Shown: positions 35,560 through 44,020 of the stretch, one piece after another | Position numbering within the stretch: the stretch's first letter is position 1 | Layout: each line of letters begins with the position of its first letter | Assembly: GCF_032018205.1 (NCBI RefSeq) | Contig: NZ_DALZOY010000001.1 | Coordinates: 72,618 to 136,617 of the forward strand | Source: Oscillibacter sp. | GTDB taxonomy: Bacteria; Bacillota; Clostridia; Oscillospirales; Oscillospiraceae | Direction: 5' to 3' | DNA length: 64,000 nt | Program-made: the position numbers and the translations under genes | Notes under the pieces: model-generated | What the model was told of the DNA's origin: nothing | What the model saw: the letters and a program-made list of their open reading frames with translations, nothing else | The model's database searches: none

Positions 35560-37566
35560 TTAGGCGCGGGGTTCCTCCATCTGGATACTCACGCGGTCCC
35601 CGTCTGCCAGCACGCGCATAAATGCGCTGCTCTCCCCGTTGACCCGCAGTGTCACAGGTCGATCCAGATGCTCAAAATCAAGACCCGCATGCTCCAGCAA
35701 ATCCATTAAATAGTAGGGCGCGTTCTTCGGTTTAGCCGGAAGCTTCAGCGGGGCTCCGTTTAGAAAAAACAGGCGGGGAGGAAGCAATTCCTCAAAAGGC
35801 TGGGGGGCGGACACGCGCTCTGCCTCCGGCTTTTCGGCGGAAGAACTCGCTGTCGGGGAACTATCCGCTGAGCCGTCGGCAGGCAGGCATTCCTGGGCTG
35901 CGGAAGCGTCCTCGCCCACGGCGTGAGAAGAAGCCGCTTCTTTGTTCGTCCCTTCTAATACCGTCGCCTTTACGGGGACGATGGCGTTGGTGACCACGGC
36001 GTCTCCCGGACGCAACTCATAGTCGGGGCCCACGGGCGCTCCATTCACAAGGCAAACGGCTGCGGCGGACTCACCGCCCAGCGCCTCGGCAATGGTTCGC
36101 CGACCCGCTTTTCCTGAGCGGGCGGGGGTAAATTCAATAGAGTCCGCCGCCTGAATCACTGTGGAGGGCGGAAGCTCCGTTCCGTTGATGCGCAGAGAGG
36201 ACGGCTCCGCAGGCTCGCCCCGGTACAGGGTCCGCTGTCCGTCAATGGTAACGGCAAGTGAGGAACCGGTCCGGCCGATCAGGTCGGCGTAGTTGTAGCC
36301 GTTCATCTGCAAAACGTCCAGCGCGGTTAAAGCGCCGCTGCGGAAAAGCTTGGCAGGATGACCGTTGAGAGAAACGCGATAGCTGTCTGAAATCAAGCCT
36401 AGACCAGCGGAGACGGCGATGCCCAAAGGCGTGGTATATTCCGGGTCGTTCAATTCTTCGGTGTCGGAAAAGGCGCTCATTTTAAAGTTAGACCCGGCCA
36501 CGCTTACCCGCCGGGGATCCATTTCCAGCGCGGAGGCCACCGCCTGCGGCAGCCCCTCCAGCTTGCTGCCCCCGCCCGCCAGAAAGACCGCCGAGGGCGC
36601 GCCGCCGTTAATTTCCCGGATGCGGCGGGCCAGCTCGTCCGCAAGCTGGCCTTCAGCCGGGATAATCACCTCTTTCACAGCAGAGGAGGGAAGCTCCTGC
36701 TCAAAACCCAAAATGTCGGTAAAGCGCAGAGTTTCTCGACAGGCCGCTTCTGATTTCAGGCGCTCCGCCGTGGAAAAGTCGGTGAGAAAGGCCCGCATAA
36801 TGGCTTCAGTAATCTCGTCGCCCGCCACGGTGGCCATGGTATAGCCCACTACGCTGCCGTCCCGGCAGGCGGCAATGTCCGAGGTACCCGCCCCGATGTC
36901 CGCCATCACCAGATTCAAAAGCCGCAACTCCGGCGGAATGGCGGCGTTAATGGCGGCAATGGGCTCCAGCGTCAGGCTGACCACCTCCAGGTCCGCCGTC
37001 TGCATGGCGGAATACAAGCTGTCCACCACCTCGGAGGGCAGGAAGGTTGCCACTACTTCACATTCCAGCTTTTGTCCGTTATGGCCTTTCAGAATGGAAA
37101 GGGGATAGCTGTCCACAAGATACTGGGAGACAGTGTATCCCACCAGATAAAACCGGCCCAGCCGCTGGTCGTTCTTGTTCAGGTTGGACTCGGCGGCGGA
37201 AACAGCCCCCGCCTCAAGCTGACCGATGAGGTCCTCTCCGATGCGGCGAACCTCCGGCAGCTCCAGCTCAAAGTGGCCCGCCTCCGTGTGCAAAGCCCGT
37301 CCGGCAGCGGCAATGCACACCCGCGTCAGCTTGCAGTCCAGCCGGGCTTCCAGCCGGGCAGTTACCTCGGCGGCAACCTTTCCCACCTGAGCAATGTCCT
37401 CAATTTGACCGTCCATCATGGCGCGCTTGCTGTGCTCCAGTTTTTCCACGGCCAGAATGTGCACCCGCTCGCCCTCTGCTCGGCCTGCCATGCCGATGAT
37501 GCTTCTGGTGCCGATGTCCAGCGCGAAAATCATGTCCCGACTCTGCTGCTCGCGTACTTTTTCCAC
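35560..37566 (-). CDS. FtsA-like actin-fold ATPase with ~270-aa C-terminal repeat extension
   Basis: GTG start behind an AGAGGAGTGAG RBS. The actin-fold phosphate motifs are FALDIGTRSIIG and LVMADIGAGTSDIAACRDG...ATVAGDEITEAI. FLAGGGSKLEGL is also present. The C-terminal part contains three LNG...(I/V)NG...D.(I/V) modules. Confidence 0.8.
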   Translation of the reverse strand: MEKVREQQSRDMIFALDIGTRSIIGMAGRAEGERVHILAVEKLEHSKRAMMDGQIEDIAQVGKVAAEVTARLEARLDCKLTRVCIAAAGRALHTEAGHFELELPEVRRIGEDLIGQLEAGAVSAAESNLNKNDQRLGRFYLVGYTVSQYLVDSYPLSILKGHNGQKLECEVVATFLPSEVVDSLYSAMQTADLEVVSLTLEPIAAINAAIPPELRLLNLVMADIGAGTSDIAACRDGSVVGYTMATVAGDEITEAIMRAFLTDFSTAERLKSEAACRETLRFTDILGFEQELPSSAVKEVIIPAEGQLADELARRIREINGGAPSAVFLAGGGSKLEGLPQAVASALEMDPRRVSVAGSNFKMSAFSDTEELNDPEYTTPLGIAVSAGLGLISDSYRVSLNGHPAKLFRSGALTALDVLQMNGYNYADLIGRTGSSLAVTIDGQRTLYRGEPAEPSSLRINGTELPPSTVIQAADSIEFTPARSGKAGRRTIAEALGGESAAAVCLVNGAPVGPDYELRPGDAVVTNAIVPVKATVLEGTNKEAASSHAVGEDASAAQECLPADGSADSSPTASSSAEKPEAERVSAPQPFEELLPPRLFFLNGAPLKLPAKPKNAPYYLMDLLEHAGLDFEHLDRPVTLRVNGESSAFMRVLADGDRVSIQMEEPRA

Positions 37567-37681
37567 GGTGGCTCACTCCTCTGCGCTTGCGGGCGTGTAA
37601 AAATACGTGCGCCCGGTATATTCTGTATTGTGTCCGGCGGCAATGTCGCCCGCCGCCCTTTGCTATTCGACCCACGGCAGT

Positions 37682-38416
37682 TCAACGCTTTTTCGTGTAT
37701 TTTGGCTTTCGCACCCGGATTTCGCCGTATCGTCCTCCGGACATATCGCCGGCAATCGTTCCGTCCACCAGCGTCACCACCCGGCGGTGCATCACGTTGA
37801 CGATGGTGCTGGCATGGGTGGCCATGATAACCGTGGTGCCCAACCGGTTCAGCTCTGAGAGTACATGCATCAAATCCCAGATGTTGTCGGCATCCAGATT
37901 GGCGGTCAGTTCATCCAGCACCAACACCGGCGGACTGTTTATCAGTGCCCGGGCCAGCTCCACCCGCCGGGCCTGCCCGATGGAAAGCTCTCCCGGATAC
38001 TTTCCGCCAAGGCCGCCAAGTCCTACAATGCCCAAGGCTTTTTCCGTTCGCTCCCGCAGTTTTTTCTCTCGGGTCAGTCCGCTCACACGGGCCACCATGG
38101 CAAGATTCTCATAAATCGTGCGTCGCCGCATTAGGTGTGGCTCCTGCGCTACATATCCAAAGCTTCTGCGGACCCTTGCCGAGGAAAACAGCGGCAGCGG
38201 GGCCACATTCAGCCCGTCCAACAGCACCTGTCCCTCGTCTGCGCGGATTTGACCGGCAATCAGTTGCAGCAGTGTGCTTTTTCCCGCGCCGCTGCTGCCA
38301 ACAACGAACACGAATTCCCCCTGCCGGACAATGAGATTGATGTCGCTGACAGCCTCAATCAATCCGTGCTCGCCGCGATAGCGCTTTGTTGCGTTTTTCA
38401 GTTCGACTGTCGGCAT
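37682..38416 (-). CDS. FtsE-like ABC ATPase (no cognate permease adjacent)
   Basis: ORF 37682..38467 with an ATG at 38416. Walker A GSSGAGKST, a variant signature LSIGQARR, Walker B VLVLDELTANLD and H-loop MATH. Overall FtsE-like. Confidence 0.85.
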   Translation of the reverse strand: MPTVELKNATKRYRGEHGLIEAVSDINLIVRQGEFVFVVGSSGAGKSTLLQLIAGQIRADEGQVLLDGLNVAPLPLFSSARVRRSFGYVAQEPHLMRRRTIYENLAMVARVSGLTREKKLRERTEKALGIVGLGGLGGKYPGELSIGQARRVELARALINSPPVLVLDELTANLDADNIWDLMHVLSELNRLGTTVIMATHASTIVNVMHRRVVTLVDGTIAGDMSGGRYGEIRVRKPKYTKKR

Positions 38417-38612
38417 CAGGCCTGCTCTCCATCTCCGCCGCGTTTTGCGGCGGCAACATCTATACATTTTTAACGGGTTCTGTTATAATCTTACTGAAAT
38501 CCAAAGAAATTTGCGATGGAGCGGGTTCTCTCCGTAACATCCTCGACAAAAAATTCCTATTTTCGCGTTTATTTGTACTTTATCATAAAACGCAACATAT
38601 GAAAAGCCCTAA

Positions 38613-39548
38613 ATGATACAAAAATTTGGAAGGAGGCGGCGGCCGGTGAAGCGCGGTTCTCGCTTAAAAAAACTGCTTGCCGTCGCTGTGCTTGCCATCG
38701 TGTGCATCGGGACGGCGGAACTGGCCGTATGCCGGGTGGCAGACCCGGTGCTGTACGAGCGGATCATGACTCCTGTGCGGCGGACAGCCTCCTCCGCATG
38801 GGCCATGGTGTCCGATGGCGCCCGGACGGTATACAGGGTGGCGTCCGACGGCGCTTCCAGCGTGTGGGACAAAGCGGCCTCCGCTGTCACCGGGGTGCTG
38901 CGCAAGGACGGGGAGGAGCTGGAAAGCCAGGCGGTTCTGGAGCCGGACGAAGAGCCGATCGCCTTGGCGGACCCTACTGTTACCGCGCTGGAGCAGAGGG
39001 AGACGGGCGAGGTTCTCACCGGCGGAAACCGGGAGGTTTTTTATTACAATCAGACCGACGAGACTTGGGCGGACCAGCCCTATGGGCGAGACACTCTGGG
39101 CCGGTATGGCTGCGGTCCCACCTGCCTGTCCATGGCTGTTTCCAGCCTGACCGACCGGGCGGTGGACCCCGGGGAGATGGCGCAGTGGGCTGCTGAAAAC
39201 GGGCATTGGGCGCGGCGCAGCGGGTCCTATCTCTCCATTGTAAATGGTGTGGCTGCGGCCTATGGGCTGGAAGTGGAGTCCCTGCCGGACTGCGACTCGG
39301 AGCGATTGCGGCTGGAGCTGGCCGCGGGGAAGATGGCCGTGGCCCTGATGACCAAGGGCCATTTCACCAACGGTGGGCATTTCATCCTCCTGCGCGGGGC
39401 CACGCTGGACGGCGGCATTCTGGTGGCGGACCCCAGCAGCCGGGAGAGAAGCCTTGCCGTGTGGGACCCGCAGGTAATTTTGGATGAGCTGTCTAAAAGT
39501 CGGAGCAGCGGCGCGCCGCTGTGGCTTTTATCTCCGGCGGATTCATAA
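38613..39548 (+). CDS. Membrane-anchored papain-like cysteine peptidase (peptidase C39-like fold)
   Basis: The likely real start is the GTG at 38646, behind GGAAGGAGG. N-terminal TM LLAVAVLAIVCIG. Catalytic-type motifs are YGCGPTCLSM (Cys), GGHFILLRG (His) and LVADPSS (Asp). Confidence 0.7.
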   Translation: MIQKFGRRRRPVKRGSRLKKLLAVAVLAIVCIGTAELAVCRVADPVLYERIMTPVRRTASSAWAMVSDGARTVYRVASDGASSVWDKAASAVTGVLRKDGEELESQAVLEPDEEPIALADPTVTALEQRETGEVLTGGNREVFYYNQTDETWADQPYGRDTLGRYGCGPTCLSMAVSSLTDRAVDPGEMAQWAAENGHWARRSGSYLSIVNGVAAAYGLEVESLPDCDSERLRLELAAGKMAVALMTKGHFTNGGHFILLRGATLDGGILVADPSSRERSLAVWDPQVILDELSKSRSSGAPLWLLSPADS

Positions 39549-39569
39549 GTAAACAAAAAAAGGAAAACA

Positions 39570-39616
39570 GGCGGAGAGACCGCCCCGGTTGGGGGCGCTC
39601 CCTCCGCCGCTTTTTT
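39570..39616. terminator. Bidirectional terminator between convergent genes
   Basis: Long imperfect GC-rich hairpin: outer arms GGCGGAG...CTCCGCC, inner arms GCCCC-GGTT-GGGGC. An A-run lies upstream and TTTTTTG downstream. Confidence 0.6.
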
Positions 39617-39631
39617 GTTTCAGAATCCGTC

Positions 39632-40036
39632 TCAATGCTTGCGGTAAAACGATTTGTCCCGGCAGAGCTTTTCGTTTACGTGACGGTCCAGCTCGGCAAG
39701 CTGCTCCAGTGTACGGCGGTTTTGGGCAATTTGATCAGCAACCTCCCGCTCCGCCTCACTGTGGGGCGGGCCGTTTTGCTTTACCAGCCGGTCAAAGGCG
39801 GCCTCGTCCTCGCCGCTTAAGTCGCAGCGTTTCAATTCCAGCGCGGCGTTCAACTCCTGCAATTCAAGCAGGGGCCGGTGCCTGCCTGTCAGCAGCAGCC
39901 GCACGGAAACCTGATCTTCCCGGTCCACGGCTTCAGCCAGCTCCCGGGTGACGCCAATCACCTCGCCCAGCTTGCGGAAAATGCTTCGCTCCAGCACGAG
40001 CAGCCCCGGCAGGGACCTTTCCCACAGCTCACTCAT
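39632..40036 (-). CDS. Small helical protein downstream of fliS, FliT/FlgN-type export chaperone candidate
   Basis: 134 aa and predicted helical (…ELAEAVDREDQVSVRLLL…LQELNAALELK…). Overlaps the fliS stop by 4 nt. The assignment rests on position and composition only. Confidence 0.4.
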   Translation of the reverse strand: MSELWERSLPGLLVLERSIFRKLGEVIGVTRELAEAVDREDQVSVRLLLTGRHRPLLELQELNAALELKRCDLSGEDEAAFDRLVKQNGPPHSEAEREVADQIAQNRRTLEQLAELDRHVNEKLCRDKSFYRKH

Positions 40037-40407
40037 CGTTCCGGCGAGTCCTTTTCCGCCGCGCGGAAGGTGTCCCGCAGGTCGCCTACCATGGTGAGAA
40101 GCTGCTTTAGCTCCGTCTGGTTCCGCCCGGCCTTGACGCGGCTGAAATCATAGCAAAAAAAGTCGTACAGCCGGTGCAGTTCCCGGCTGATGGGATACTG
40201 ATTGTCCAACGTGTTGTCCAAATAGTGAAGAATATCCAGACACCGGTCCACCGACGCCTCAAACAGCGGATAATCCGCCTGTCCCAGCGCGATGTCCGCC
40301 CGGGCCGCGCGCTTTACCAGCTCATCATATAAAACAATCAGCAGTTCTCCCGGGGTCATGGTGCTGACGGACTGCTGCTTATACTGCTGATACCCCTGTG
40401 CTTCCAT
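40033..40407 (-). CDS. fliS: Flagellin-specific chaperone FliS
   Basis: YQQYKQQSVSTMTPGELLIVLYDELVKRAARA...CLDILHYLDNTLDNQYPISRELHRLYDFF is a typical FliS four-helix sequence. Confidence 0.9.
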   Translation of the reverse strand: MEAQGYQQYKQQSVSTMTPGELLIVLYDELVKRAARADIALGQADYPLFEASVDRCLDILHYLDNTLDNQYPISRELHRLYDFFCYDFSRVKAGRNQTELKQLLTMVGDLRDTFRAAEKDSPER

Positions 40408-40456
40408 GCGTGTTCCTCCGTTTTTTGGTCGCGGTTTTGCCGCGGGTTTACTTGTC

Positions 40457-43054
40457 TCAGCCGCCCATCATGCTTGAAATCATGGAGCTTTGAGAATTCA
40501 TGGAGCTGGTCAGCGTTTCCAGTCGGGTGAACATTCTGGTATAGTAATCCACCTGATCGGAAAGCTTGTCCTGCCATCTTGTGACCTGATCGTCATACTC
40601 GTCAATCTGATCCTGTATGTTGTTTGACAGCAGCGACAAAGGCGAGTAGACCGAGCCGGCCTTCTGCACCAGAATGCCTTTTGTCGCGCCGGTGGTGGAG
40701 GCGTAGTCGGAGATGACCTTGCTGACGGTGACCATCAGTCCGCCGCTTCCGGTGGTGGAGGTAAACGCATCACGCACGCTGTCGGGGTCGCTGCTCAGCG
40801 CGTCTCGCAGCGCGTCCTCGTCTATCTGAAGGGAAGTAACGCCGTCGGAGTAGGTGGTGGAGATTCCCATTTTCGAAAGCGTGCTACTGGAAGAGCCTCC
40901 CGGAGAGATGGCGGAAATCAGCTTGCTGTACAGGCTGGTAAGATCGCTGTCGCCAAACAAAATACCCTGCTTCGCCTTCTCCTCGTATTTTTCTATGGCG
41001 GAGTCGGTCATTTCGCTTTTGTCGTCGTCGGTAAGCGGCTCATAGCGACTTTTGTCGCTCTTGTAATTGGGAAGGGAGGAGTAAGCATCGTGGACCGATT
41101 TTAAGATTTCGTTCAGTTCGTCCACCATGCCGGTAATGGTGTCCACCAGCGTGTCCGCGTCTGAAACGGAGGTAAACGTGACCGCTTCGGGGCTGTCTTG
41201 CAGCGTGCCGAGAACGGTGTTCCCGTTGGTGTCCAACGTGTCGGCGGAATAGGTTCCGAATGTTCCCTTTAGGGTGACGGACAGACCGTCCACGCTGAAG
41301 GTATTGTCCGAGCGGGTAATGGAGCCCATCGGCACGCCGTTGACCTCCATGCTGAACACCGCATCCTGCCCCGCCTTGTACGCATCCGCGGGGGCCGTCT
41401 GAATGCCAGCGGCGACCTGCCCGTCGGAGTCGTTCACCGCGCCGAACAGAAGGGCGGCCAGGTTGAGCTTTCCTTTGTTCTCCCCCTCCGAAATGGTGTC
41501 GTTAATAACAATTTGGCTGGCCGCGCCGGTTTCTCTGGAAGCAATCTGAATCTGGTTGGTGGTTTTGGAGAAGCTGGCGCTCAGGCCCACGGATTCGGAA
41601 TTGATGGCAGAAAACACGGCGTCCAGAGAAGAGTCCCGGGTAAAGGTCAGCTTTTTGCCGCTGATTTCCAGCTCATAACCGTAAAGCTGCTTGCCGTCGG
41701 ACCCCAACCGATAGCCGTCCTTGTCGGTTTTGTTGCCGTCGGAGTCCACATAGGTGCCGTCGCTTTTTTTGGTGATCTTACTGGAGTCGGAGCGAAGCAC
41801 CGTTCCCTCGATTCCGCCCAGTGTTTCGGGGTCGCTGCCCACGGCCGGTTTCGGCTCCAACAAAGAGCCAAGCGTCTTGCCGGTATCCAGATAGCTGGAG
41901 GTAAAGCTGCCACTAAGGCCCAAGGCCGTGCCCACGGCGGAAGTGGCGGAAATGGTGATGGTAGAGCCCTTCTGTCCTGTGAATTGCAGCTTGCCGCCAT
42001 TCATCTTCACCTTCACGTTGGAGCCAAACGCATCCTTCACGGCGCTTTGCAGGCCGTCTACAAAAGCTTCGGTCGGTTTCGAATTGCTGGAATCGTATGT
42101 AGGCAGCGTGATGGTTTTGGTCTTGCCGTCCACCGACATGGAAATCGTCTTTCCGGAAAGGTATTTGCCCGCAGTGCCGCTTTTGTCCACCAGATCAATC
42201 AGGTTTCCGTTGTCTGAGGGGATGGTGAGGAAGGATTCCTTTTTGCTGGGATCAATATTCAGGGTTTCCTTCAGCTTACCGGTGGCGCCGGTCACGGTGA
42301 CGGTGTTTCCAGCACTCTGATTGTCAATGAAGCTCACCTTTCCGTCGTCGCCCAAAGAAGCTTTCACCATGGTCAGGGCGGGGACGCTCTCTCCCTTGGA
42401 ATCCGTCACCGTGGTGGAGGCCAGCTTCACGTTGATGGCCCGCACAAAGTCGTCCGCCGAGGCATACGTCTCCAAATCGCCAAAGCTCAGGTCGATGGAA
42501 CGGCTGCTGCCGTAGCTCAGGGTCAGCGTGCCGCTGACCTTGCTCAAATCCATTGGATTGGATAGATTTAGGGTTTTGCCCAAAATATTGGCAATGCCGT
42601 CCGTGCCGGTGATGCCGGTCATGTTGGAATTCTTAAACAAATCCGCCGCGGAAGCGCTGTAGGTAGACTTGGTGGCCAACTGCTTCACGCCCGAAATCTG
42701 CACGTTGCTGGAGGTTTTGCCGGAGGCGGAAACCTTGGACGCGTTGGCTCCGTTGGTGGAGGTGATCACGGCTTTATTGAAATAGCTGGGGCTGAGCAGG
42801 TTTGTGGACGAGTTGTAGGAGGTGTATTTCTGGGCAAATTTAATCATGGGGCTGGAAATTTCGCGGATGCCCTCCTGCTGCCATGTCAGCTTGGTTTGCT
42901 TTTGCTGAAGGGACGAAATTTTAAGATTATAGCCGCTGACGGCGTTTTCAATCATCGACTCCGTATCCATTCCCGTGGCGAGGCCGGACAAAACGTTTCG
43001 ATTGCCGTAGATGCTGCTGGAATTGCTGCTGGTGACTCCGCTGACGGATGCCAT
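40457..43054 (-). CDS. fliD: Flagellar filament cap protein FliD (unusually long, ~865 aa)
   Basis: ORF 40457..43183. The ATG at 43054 follows an AAGGAAGGAGCG RBS. N terminus SIYGNRNVLSGLATGMDTESMIENAVSGYNLKISSLQQKQTKL. C terminus DEYDDQVTRWQDKLSDQVDYYTRMFTRLETLTSSMNSQSSMISSMMGG. Confidence 0.9.
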   Translation of the reverse strand: MASVSGVTSSNSSSIYGNRNVLSGLATGMDTESMIENAVSGYNLKISSLQQKQTKLTWQQEGIREISSPMIKFAQKYTSYNSSTNLLSPSYFNKAVITSTNGANASKVSASGKTSSNVQISGVKQLATKSTYSASAADLFKNSNMTGITGTDGIANILGKTLNLSNPMDLSKVSGTLTLSYGSSRSIDLSFGDLETYASADDFVRAINVKLASTTVTDSKGESVPALTMVKASLGDDGKVSFIDNQSAGNTVTVTGATGKLKETLNIDPSKKESFLTIPSDNGNLIDLVDKSGTAGKYLSGKTISMSVDGKTKTITLPTYDSSNSKPTEAFVDGLQSAVKDAFGSNVKVKMNGGKLQFTGQKGSTITISATSAVGTALGLSGSFTSSYLDTGKTLGSLLEPKPAVGSDPETLGGIEGTVLRSDSSKITKKSDGTYVDSDGNKTDKDGYRLGSDGKQLYGYELEISGKKLTFTRDSSLDAVFSAINSESVGLSASFSKTTNQIQIASRETGAASQIVINDTISEGENKGKLNLAALLFGAVNDSDGQVAAGIQTAPADAYKAGQDAVFSMEVNGVPMGSITRSDNTFSVDGLSVTLKGTFGTYSADTLDTNGNTVLGTLQDSPEAVTFTSVSDADTLVDTITGMVDELNEILKSVHDAYSSLPNYKSDKSRYEPLTDDDKSEMTDSAIEKYEEKAKQGILFGDSDLTSLYSKLISAISPGGSSSSTLSKMGISTTYSDGVTSLQIDEDALRDALSSDPDSVRDAFTSTTGSGGLMVTVSKVISDYASTTGATKGILVQKAGSVYSPLSLLSNNIQDQIDEYDDQVTRWQDKLSDQVDYYTRMFTRLETLTSSMNSQSSMISSMMGG

Positions 43055-43143
43055 ACTGATCGCTCCTTCCTTGATCCGCGCCTGCGCGGGGCTTCCCCGG
43101 GGCGGCGGCTTAAAAGAAAATTTAATTCTATCTCTATACTTTT

Positions 43144-43170
43144 CTATCGACATATAGTATAGTAAAGTTA
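43144..43170 (-). promoter_or_regulatory. Sigma-28-like promoter candidate for fliD-fliS
   Basis: The minus strand reads TAAC-N15-GTCGATAG, against the Firmicute SigD consensus TAAA-N15-GCCGATAT. It lies about 90 nt upstream of the fliD ATG. Confidence 0.4.
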
Positions 43171-43197
43171 AGAGTTTCGACAAAGTTTTTTAATCAA

Positions 43198-43992
43198 ATG
43201 GGAGGTTTCGGTTTGGCAACAATCATGACGGTCACAAATCAGAAGGGCGGCGTGGGAAAGACCACCACTGCCGCCGCGCTGCTGTATGCGCTGTATGAGC
43301 GCGGACAGCGCGTTCTTGGCGTGGACCTGGATCCGCAGGGCAGTTTGAGCTTCAGCCTCGGACTGGATACGGAAAACTGCGCCACGGTCTACGATTTGTT
43401 TAAAGACCGGGTTACGGTGGACGAGGCCATCACCAATTCCCACGGAATCGACCTCCTTCCCGCCAACATTCTTTTGTCGGCGGCGGAGCTGGAATTTAAC
43501 CGCACCGGACGCGAGTTTATGCTGCGCAATAAGCTGATGGGCGTGGCAGAGCGGTATGACTATGTCATCATCGACACGCCGCCCGCGCTGAACGTGCTGA
43601 CGGTGAACGCGTATGTGGCTTCGGACACGCTGGTGATTCCCATGGTGCCGGAAATCCTGAGTCTTTTGGGCGTGGCCCAGATCAAGGAAACCATTGACAC
43701 TGTGCAGAGTTGTTATAACCCCAAGCTTAGAGTTCTGGGGATTCTGCTGAATAAATATAACGCCCGCCTGACTCTGAACCGCGAAGTCAGCGAGATGGCC
43801 GACCAGATTGCCAAGCAGTTAAAAACCAGCGTATTTAAATCCGTAATTCGTTCCAGTATCGCCGTGGCGGAGGCTCCCGCCCACGGCGAAAGTATTCTCA
43901 GCTACGCGCCCAATTCAAAGCCCGCCGACGATTTCCAGCATCTCACCTCGGAAATTACTTCTTTGCTGCAAGAGCGGCAAGGGACCCGGTGA
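43198..43992 (+). CDS. ParA/Soj-family (deviant Walker A) ATPase, no ParB adjacent
   Basis: The start may be the TTG at 43213 or the ATG at 43225, after GGGAGG. Deviant Walker A NQKGGVGKTT. Also YVIIDTPPAL and a Soj-like C terminus IRSSIAVAEAPAHGESILSYAPNSKPADDF. Confidence 0.85.
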   Translation: MGGFGLATIMTVTNQKGGVGKTTTAAALLYALYERGQRVLGVDLDPQGSLSFSLGLDTENCATVYDLFKDRVTVDEAITNSHGIDLLPANILLSAAELEFNRTGREFMLRNKLMGVAERYDYVIIDTPPALNVLTVNAYVASDTLVIPMVPEILSLLGVAQIKETIDTVQSCYNPKLRVLGILLNKYNARLTLNREVSEMADQIAKQLKTSVFKSVIRSSIAVAEAPAHGESILSYAPNSKPADDFQHLTSEITSLLQERQGTR

Positions 43993-44020
43993 AACGGTCT
44001 GCCAGCAGGAGGAATGCATC

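Noticed and set aside
43198-43992. Calling the ParA-like gene flhG/ylxH.
   Set aside because: Its sequence is Soj/ParA-like throughout. It lacks the FlhG N-terminal activator motif, I see no obvious C-terminal amphipathic membrane-targeting helix, and it is not next to flhF/flhA. I kept it as ParA-family, with a functional hypothesis only.
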